A DNA stretch of 64,000 bases from Oryzomonas sp. GTDB lineage: Bacteria > Desulfobacterota > Desulfuromonadia > Geobacterales > Pseudopelobacteraceae. Positions 57,572-64,000 of this stretch are shown here, in pieces; position 1 is the first letter of the stretch, and each line of letters starts with the position of its first letter. The notes under the pieces were generated by a model. The model made no database searches. It worked only from the letters and a program-made list of their open reading frames with translations, and was not told the origin of the DNA. A program made the translations under genes and the position numbers. Location: assembly GCF_031292255.1 (NCBI RefSeq), contig NZ_JARLHN010000012.1; one strand, written 5' to 3'.

Positions 57572-60136
57572 ATGGACTTTACCAAGATGCTGCACAAATT
57601 TACGGTTGTTCCGTCACTGACCGACGAGTTGGTTGCACTCCAGCGGGTGGCCTACAACCTTTGGTGGTGTTGGGAACCGGATGCCATCAACCTATTCCGC
57701 CGCCTGGACGCCGAATTGTGGCAAGCCACCCGCCACAACCCGGTTGAGATGCTGGGGATACTCCAGCAGACCACCCTGGAAAACCTGAAGAGCGATGAAG
57801 GTTTCATGGCCCATCTCAAGATGGTGGACGAGAAGCTTTCCGACTACCTGGCGGAAAAGACCTGGTTCCAAAAGACCTGTAACGGCAATTCCCGGATGAA
57901 GGTGGCCTATTTTTCCATGGAGTTCGGCCTGCATGAGTCACTGCCGGTCTATTCCGGCGGCCTGGGCATCCTGGCGGGAGACCACCTCAAATCTGCCTCC
58001 GACCTGGGGTTGCCCCTGGTGGGGGTGGGCCTGCTCTATCGTCAGGGTTACTTCCGCCAGTATCTCAACAATGAAGGGTGGCAGCAGGAGTACTACCCGG
58101 AGAACGACTTCTACAACCTGCCGCTGACCTTGGAGCGGGACGAAAAGGGGGCACCGCTCAGCGTGGAGCTTGAGTTTGGCCCGCGCAGGTTCAAGGTGCA
58201 CATCTGGCGGGTACAGGTCGGGCGCGTGCCGCTCTACCTCCTGGATACCAACATGGAGGAAAACAGCCCCGATGATCGTTTGATCACGGCCCAACTCTAT
58301 GGCGGAGATCAGGAGATGCGCATACTGCAGGAGATCCTGCTGGGGATCGGCGGCATTAGCGCCCTGCGCGCCCTGGGGATCATCCCGAACGTGTGCCATA
58401 TGAACGAAGGGCATGCCGCCTTCCTGGCCCTGGAACGTATCCGGCTCCTGATGGAGAAACGCGACGTCAGTTTCAACGAGGCCCGGGAGATCGTCAGCGC
58501 CGGCAACGTCTTTACCACCCATACCCCGGTGGAGGCGGGCATCGACCATTTCTCCGCCGACCTGCTGGAGCGCTACTTCGGCAAATACTATCGTTTACTC
58601 GGCCTGAGCCGCGAGGAATTCCTCGGCCTTGGCCGCCAGAACCCGAAGAACCCCCAGGAGACCTTCTGCATGGCGGTATTGGCCCTCAAACTGGCCAGCC
58701 ACGCCAATGGCGTCAGCGAGCTGCACGGCGAGGTCTCGCGCAGGATGTGGAAGAACACCTGGCCGGAGCTGCCCGAGGAACAACTGCCGCTCTCCTCCAT
58801 CACCAACGGCGTCCATACCCGCACCTGGATGTCCAACCACATGGCCAGCCTGCTGGTGCGCTACCTGGGCACCCGCTGGCTCGACGACCCGACCGACCAC
58901 AACGTCTGGCGCCGCGTCTCCAAGATCCCGGACGCCGAACTGTGGCGTACCCGCCAGAGCTGCCGCGAAAGGCTGGTGGATTTTGCCCGCAAGCGTCTCA
59001 AGGAGCAGATGGTCAAGGTGGGGGCCACGGTCAAGGAGATCGCCACGGCCGAGGAGGTCCTGGACCCGGAGGTGCTGACCATCGGTTTTGCCCGCCGCTT
59101 TGCCACCTACAAACGGGGCACGCTGCTGCTGCGCGATCTGGACCGTTTGGCGCGCATCCTCAACAACCCGGAGATGCCGGTGCAGATCATCTTCGCCGGC
59201 AAGGCCCATCCCCAGGACCAGGAGGGGAAAGAGCTGATCCGCCAGATCCACCAGATTTCCGACCTGGAACGTTTCCGCCACCGAATCGTCTTCATCGAGG
59301 ACTACGATATGGAGGTGGCCCGCCACCTGGTCCAGGGTGCGGACGTATGGCTCAACACACCGCGCCGGCCTCTGGAGGCCAGTGGCACCAGCGGTATGAA
59401 GGTGGCCTTCAATGGTGGCCTCAACATGAGCATCCTGGACGGCTGGTGGTGCGAAGGCTACCAGGGCAACAATGGCTGGGCCATCGGCAAGGGCGAGGTC
59501 TACGAGGATACCGAATACCAGAACCAGGTTGAGAGTCGGGCCACCTACGACCTTCTGGAAAAGGAAATCGTGCCGCATTTCTACGACCGGGGAAGCGACG
59601 GCATCCCCCGGTCCTGGATCGCCACCATGAAGGCCTCCATACAGAGCCTCTGCCCGGTCTTCTCCACCGACCGCATGGTGCAGGAATACGCCAGCCGCTC
59701 CTACATCCCATCCTATGGCCAGTGGAAACAACTGGTGGATGATGATCTGGCCCTGGCCCTGGATCTGGCCCGCTGGAAGGAACGCACCTTCAAGGCCTGG
59801 CCGCAGGTGCGCATCGAGGAAGCCTCTGCCCAGGTCTCCGACGCCGTAGCAGTGGGCAGTCTCGTTCCGGTATCCGCCAAGGTCGTCTTGGGCGATATCC
59901 CCGTGGAGGACGTGGCGGTGGAAGGGTATTTCGGTGTGCTGGATTCGACCGGAAACATCCAGGGAGGCGAAACGGTCCCCCTGGAGCATGTGGTGCCCGC
60001 CGGCAACGGCCTCTACCTGTTCAGCGGTGAGATCGAATGCCGTTTTTGCGGTCGGCACGGCTTCATGCTGCGGGTCATGCCGCGGCACAAGGTGTTGGGG
60101 AATGTGTATGAACCGGGCTTTCTGCTTTGGGGATGA
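57572..60136 (+). CDS. glgP: Alpha-glucan (glycogen) phosphorylase
   Basis: YSGGLG, NEGH, FARRFATYKR, EASGTSGMK (PLP lysine). Confidence 0.96.
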   Translation: MDFTKMLHKFTVVPSLTDELVALQRVAYNLWWCWEPDAINLFRRLDAELWQATRHNPVEMLGILQQTTLENLKSDEGFMAHLKMVDEKLSDYLAEKTWFQKTCNGNSRMKVAYFSMEFGLHESLPVYSGGLGILAGDHLKSASDLGLPLVGVGLLYRQGYFRQYLNNEGWQQEYYPENDFYNLPLTLERDEKGAPLSVELEFGPRRFKVHIWRVQVGRVPLYLLDTNMEENSPDDRLITAQLYGGDQEMRILQEILLGIGGISALRALGIIPNVCHMNEGHAAFLALERIRLLMEKRDVSFNEAREIVSAGNVFTTHTPVEAGIDHFSADLLERYFGKYYRLLGLSREEFLGLGRQNPKNPQETFCMAVLALKLASHANGVSELHGEVSRRMWKNTWPELPEEQLPLSSITNGVHTRTWMSNHMASLLVRYLGTRWLDDPTDHNVWRRVSKIPDAELWRTRQSCRERLVDFARKRLKEQMVKVGATVKEIATAEEVLDPEVLTIGFARRFATYKRGTLLLRDLDRLARILNNPEMPVQIIFAGKAHPQDQEGKELIRQIHQISDLERFRHRIVFIEDYDMEVARHLVQGADVWLNTPRRPLEASGTSGMKVAFNGGLNMSILDGWWCEGYQGNNGWAIGKGEVYEDTEYQNQVESRATYDLLEKEIVPHFYDRGSDGIPRSWIATMKASIQSLCPVFSTDRMVQEYASRSYIPSYGQWKQLVDDDLALALDLARWKERTFKAWPQVRIEEASAQVSDAVAVGSLVPVSAKVVLGDIPVEDVAVEGYFGVLDSTGNIQGGETVPLEHVVPAGNGLYLFSGEIECRFCGRHGFMLRVMPRHKVLGNVYEPGFLLWG

Positions 60137-60180
60137 AAAACGTCGACAGAGCCGTCTAAGTAACGTTATTTAGGAACGAT

Positions 60181-61494
60181 ATGGATTATCTGGTCATACA
60201 GGTCGAAGCACAGCGTGTGCTGGCCGCCCGTTTCGGGGTTGCCGGCACGTCGCTCTCCTTTTCGGGGGCAGCCGAATTTGCGCTGAACGAGGAACAGCCG
60301 CTGTCGGCCGTTGCCGGCCGGATCGCAGCCGGCAACGGCGGCTCGCCGCGCATCGTGCTCTGCCTCTCTGCGGCGTTGTTCGCCCAGCGGACGGTGGAAC
60401 TGCCGCTCGACAACCTGCGCAAGGTGCGCGAGGTGTTGCCGGGACAGCTGCAGGGGGAGATCGCCCTTCCGGTGGAAGAGGCCGTCTTCGACGTGCTTCC
60501 CGTCGGAGGCAAGCGCTACCTGGCCTTGTGGGCGCGCAAGGCCGATCTGCGCCAGGCCATCGATACCTTCAGGGAGGCCGGATGCGAACCGCAGGTTGTC
60601 ACTGCCGCGCCGTTCGCCTGGAGCTTTCTTCCCGAATGCCCCGGCGACGCCGTGGTCTCCGACGGGACCGCCCTGGTGGTCATCGGCGGCGACCGCGTCA
60701 CTTTTGCCCGGGCATTAAACACCGACGAGCCGCAAGAACAGCTTGCCACAACCCTGGCGGCCCTGGAATTATCCGGTGTAAAACTACCTCCACGGCTTAT
60801 CCTCTTTGGCGGACAATCGGCCCGGTTTGCCGAAGGCATCGGCTTTTCGCTGCCCACGGAGGGGCTGAAGATGCCGGACGCCCTGGCGCCGCTGTTCAAA
60901 ACGGACGAGGCCTTCCAGCAATTGGCCGGGCTTTTGGCCGTGGCCCGGGCCTGCCAGGCCGGAGCCCTGCCCGATTTCCGCCGCTCTGACTTGGCCTGGA
61001 AGGCCGGCGACGCCGGGTTGCTCAGGAAGATGACCATGACCGCCGCCCTGGCGACGGTGGCCGTCATACTGCTGTTTGTCGCCAAGGGGCTCCAGTATCG
61101 GGCCGTGAAGACCGACCTTGTCTCACTGGACAAGTCCATTTCCTCCCTGTACCGCGAGGTGTTCCCCGGCCGGACCAAGGCGGTGGACGAAGTGGCCGAG
61201 GTCAAGGGGGAAATCAGGAAGCTGGCCGGCGCAACGGAGAGCGGCTCCTTCCTGGACGTGCTCAAAAAATTGGCCGAAGCCAAAGGGAACACCATCAACG
61301 GCCTCTACGAGGCCGAGCTTGAAGGGGGCAATCTGCGGGTGAAAGGGGATGCCCGCTCAGCCCAGGCGGTCAACGAGTTCAAGTCTGCCCTGGCGCCGCT
61401 GATGGCCACCGTGGAACTGGGCGAGGTCAAGAGCCGCCCGGACGGCTCGGTGACCTTCACTCTGGCGGGTACGTTCAGGGAGGTCAAGAAATGA
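60181..61494 (+). CDS. gspL: T2SS protein GspL
   Basis: Actin-like cytoplasmic domain, one TM, periplasmic ferredoxin-like end; followed by gspM and gspN. Confidence 0.85.
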   Translation: MDYLVIQVEAQRVLAARFGVAGTSLSFSGAAEFALNEEQPLSAVAGRIAAGNGGSPRIVLCLSAALFAQRTVELPLDNLRKVREVLPGQLQGEIALPVEEAVFDVLPVGGKRYLALWARKADLRQAIDTFREAGCEPQVVTAAPFAWSFLPECPGDAVVSDGTALVVIGGDRVTFARALNTDEPQEQLATTLAALELSGVKLPPRLILFGGQSARFAEGIGFSLPTEGLKMPDALAPLFKTDEAFQQLAGLLAVARACQAGALPDFRRSDLAWKAGDAGLLRKMTMTAALATVAVILLFVAKGLQYRAVKTDLVSLDKSISSLYREVFPGRTKAVDEVAEVKGEIRKLAGATESGSFLDVLKKLAEAKGNTINGLYEAELEGGNLRVKGDARSAQAVNEFKSALAPLMATVELGEVKSRPDGSVTFTLAGTFREVKK

Positions 61495-62039
61495 GCTGGC
61501 TTGCAGAGCTTCAGGATTTCTGGCGCGACCTTGACAGCCGCACCCGATTAACGGCCGGGTACGTGCTGATCGCCCTCTTGGCGGTATTCCTGGGATGGTC
61601 GGCGCTGGCCGGCCGAACGGAGGCGCTGGAGCGGAAACGGACGGCGCGCGAAGCGGTGCTCAAAGAACTGCTGCCGATCAAGGCGCTCTATCGCACGGCC
61701 AAGCAGTCTGCCGACATGTTGGCAGGCCGCATGGCATCGGTTCGTCCCGATGATTCCCCGGCCAAGATCATCGACGAGATCGGTATCAGGGGGAAAGGAG
61801 TCAAGATCTCCCCCCTCAAGGGTGAAGAGCATAACGGCATGATAGAGGATGCCGCCGATGTGAGGATCGATGGCTTGACGGCTAATGAAGCCATCAACCT
61901 GATCTATCGCCTGGAGAAGGGGAACCGTCCGGTGCTGCTGAAGAAGGCCAACCTGCGGGTGCGCTTCGACGATCCTTCCCGCCTTGATCTGGTGCTGACC
62001 ATCGCCCTGCTGAAACCCGCCCCCGGTCAGAACAAATGA
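61491..62039 (+). CDS. gspM: T2SS protein GspM
   Basis: WRDLDSRTR plus TM, coiled coil, ferredoxin-like domain. Confidence 0.82.
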   Translation: MSWLAELQDFWRDLDSRTRLTAGYVLIALLAVFLGWSALAGRTEALERKRTAREAVLKELLPIKALYRTAKQSADMLAGRMASVRPDDSPAKIIDEIGIRGKGVKISPLKGEEHNGMIEDAADVRIDGLTANEAINLIYRLEKGNRPVLLKKANLRVRFDDPSRLDLVLTIALLKPAPGQNK

Positions 62040-62878
62040 CACCGCGGCGAGGGCTGTTGCGGGGTGCCGGGCTGCTGGCCGCGGGCGGCTGTCTCTTCCT
62101 GGCATGTTTCTACCTGTTTCTGCCCACGCGGCAGGTGAATGAACTGATCAGCCTCTTGCTGGCCGACCAGGGGCTTTCCCTGTCGCCTGAAGCGCACAAG
62201 ACCCTGCTTCCCGGCCTGGCGTGGCGCCAGCCGGTCCTTTCCTCCGACCAGGGGCCGCTCCTGCGTTTCGACCGGCTGGCGGTCCGGCTCCAACTGCTGC
62301 CGCTTTTGACGGGGCGGGCCGTGATCGGCCTGACGTCGGCCCAGGGCGCGGGGCGCCTGGAGCTTAAGTACGGTATAAACGGCACGGACGCCTTGGAGCT
62401 AGCGGCTCACGACATACAACTGTCCGACATACCTTTTTTCAAGACCGTGCTCGGGGCCACGTCCGGGGGAAACCTGTGGAGCGAAGGGAGGCTTTCCCGC
62501 AAGGCGGGCAGGTTGTCCGGCACCATGAAACTGGAGGTGAAGCAGTTGGCTTTCTCCGGCGTCAAGCTGGGGTCCTTCCCGTTACCTGATGCCGCCAATC
62601 TGCGCTGCCAGGGGATCGTGCGGGTCACGGACGGCCGGGCCCGACTGGAGAGCTTCACGCTGCAAGGAGATGGCATCTACATGCGCCTGTCGGGAGACCT
62701 CCCCGGTGGCGCACATGCCGCCACGTCACCCCTCAACCTGACGCTTGAGATCATGCCCAAGCCGGAGTTTATGGACAGACAGAAGCTGGTGTTCCTGCTG
62801 CTGGCCAAGTTCGCGGCCTCGCCCGGCGTGTATAAGGTGCCGATCCGTGGCACGCTGCTTAAGCCGGTGATCATGTAA
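62036..62878 (+). CDS. gspN: T2SS protein GspN
   Basis: N-terminal TM ending LFLP, LLPLLTG, beta-rich, GTLLKP end. Confidence 0.8.
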   Translation: MTPRRGLLRGAGLLAAGGCLFLACFYLFLPTRQVNELISLLLADQGLSLSPEAHKTLLPGLAWRQPVLSSDQGPLLRFDRLAVRLQLLPLLTGRAVIGLTSAQGAGRLELKYGINGTDALELAAHDIQLSDIPFFKTVLGATSGGNLWSEGRLSRKAGRLSGTMKLEVKQLAFSGVKLGSFPLPDAANLRCQGIVRVTDGRARLESFTLQGDGIYMRLSGDLPGGAHAATSPLNLTLEIMPKPEFMDRQKLVFLLLAKFAASPGVYKVPIRGTLLKPVIM

Positions 62879-62907
62879 GTACGAAATCAAAGCAAAGCTC
62901 TTCTGCG

Positions 62908-62977
62908 ACGGAGACACGGAGACATAGAGGAAGTCAAAGACAGAACCTGTTTAACAGGGATGAACAGGATGAAGGGG
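62908..62977. repeat. Short purine-rich tandem repeats in the gspN-nadD spacer
   Basis: ACGGAGAC x2 plus degenerate ATAGAG; AACAGGGATG-AACAGGATG-AAGGGG. Confidence 0.45.
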
Positions 62978-63163
62978 CGGGGGGACTTTTCACCGTCGTT
63001 TTAGTTACTTTTGAATTATGCTGAATAGTTACAGTAAAATAAAGACTCGAACTAAATTGGTGAATGACTTTGGTAAGGCAACTAACTGATTTTACTTCGT
63101 GTTCTTTATGCCTTTGTGGTGCAAATGCTTTTATTAGGTTTAAAGGTGTATGGTGAAAGCGAC

Positions 63164-63814
63164 ATGCGAATCGGACTGATGGGGGGCACCTTCAACCCGG
63201 TGCACCTGGCCCATGTTCATATAGCCGAGGAGGCGCGGCAGGCCTGCGCCCTCGACCGGGTGATCTTTATCCCGGCCGGCGATCCGCCCCACAAGCCGCT
63301 GGCGGGGGAGGTGCCCTTTGCCCGACGCAGCCGGATGGTCATGCTGGCGATCAGCGGCAATCCCTTTTTCGAGTTGTCGGAGATCGAGGGGGAGCGGAGC
63401 GGGAAATCCTATTCCATCGATACGATCCATGCCTTCCGGGAGCTTTTTCCCCAGGATGAGCTATACTTCATCGTCGGCAGCGATTCCTTTCTGGAGATCG
63501 GGTTGTGGCACCGTTTTCAGGAGATCTTTGCATCCTGCAACCTGATCGTGGTGGAGCGGCCGGGCAAGCATATCAGTGATCTGGTCGAGGCCCTTCCTGT
63601 TGCCATACGCGCGGAGTTCAGCTATACTTCCGGCGACCGCAGGCTGGACCATACCGCCGGCACCAGCGTCAGGTTTCTTTCCGGTTGCCCGCTGGACATC
63701 TCGTCCAGCGAAATCCGCGCCCTGGCGGCGTCGGGGCGCCCCATAACTCACCTGGTGCCGCCGCAGGTGGCGGCCTACATCACAGAACAGAGGATCTACA
63801 ACACATGCCGGTAA
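63164..63814 (+). CDS. nadD: Nicotinate-nucleotide adenylyltransferase
   Basis: GGTFNPVHLAH, PPHK, SYSIDT, ISSSEIR. Confidence 0.96.
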   Translation: MRIGLMGGTFNPVHLAHVHIAEEARQACALDRVIFIPAGDPPHKPLAGEVPFARRSRMVMLAISGNPFFELSEIEGERSGKSYSIDTIHAFRELFPQDELYFIVGSDSFLEIGLWHRFQEIFASCNLIVVERPGKHISDLVEALPVAIRAEFSYTSGDRRLDHTAGTSVRFLSGCPLDISSSEIRALAASGRPITHLVPPQVAAYITEQRIYNTCR

Positions 63815-64000
63815 AGAAGACAACAGCAGTAGAGAAAGCAGTGCTTTCTTCCCAGGAGCGGGCCTTGAGATGCGCCGAACTGGCCTTTGACAAAAAGGCC
63901 TTCGACATCCGGGCGCTGAACATCGCAAAGATCTCCTCCATCGCCGACTACCTGGTGATCATCTCCGGCAACTCGGACAAGCAGAACCAAGCCATTGCCG
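63805..64000 (+). CDS. rsfS: Ribosome silencing factor RsfS (3'-truncated by window edge)
   Basis: Read by hand: MPVKK...DKKAFDIRALNIAKISSIADYLVIISGNSDKQNQAIA; nadD-rsfS synteny. Confidence 0.9.
   Translation, partial: MPVKKTTAVEKAVLSSQERALRCAELAFDKKAFDIRALNIAKISSIADYLVIISGNSDKQNQAIA

Overview
A 64 kb chromosomal window from a GC-rich deltaproteobacterium; gene content and order point to Geobacteraceae (inference). It holds a ~35 kb flagellar/chemotaxis cluster: cheY-cheX-CheC/REC hybrid-TPR-flgBC-fliEFGHIJ-motE-like-fliK-flgD-TIGR02530-like-flgE-fliLMNOPQR-flhBAFG-fliA-flgFGAHIJ-flgN-flgN-flgKL. fliC, fliD, fliS, motAB, flgM, csrA and fliW are not in the window. A type II secretion system is split into two blocks, gspHIJK at 1.2-3.6 kb and gspCDEF-glgP-gspLMN at 51.8-62.9 kb, with no gspG seen. 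Other genes: an ArnA-like decarboxylase, a second FliK-like protein paired with a FlhB-C-terminal-like protein, a phosphohexomutase, a MATE pump, a PagL-like deacylase, a large conserved helical protein with an MBL hydrolase, usp-mntH-gamma-CA, dapF, nadD and rsfS. There are several small palindromic or MITE-like repeats. No rRNA, tRNA, CRISPR or transposase was seen. Main leads: (1) a two-hairpin RNA element between the uncharacterised TIGR02530-like gene and flgE; (2) near-total loss of Arg/Lys/His in only the extracellular axial proteins FlgD/E/K/L; (3) flhB begins at a CTG in frame with fliR, behind a single UGA-C; (4) tandem FleQ-like boxes with identical 17-bp spacing ahead of both sigma54 promoters; (5) two FliK-type proteins, each with internal repeats.
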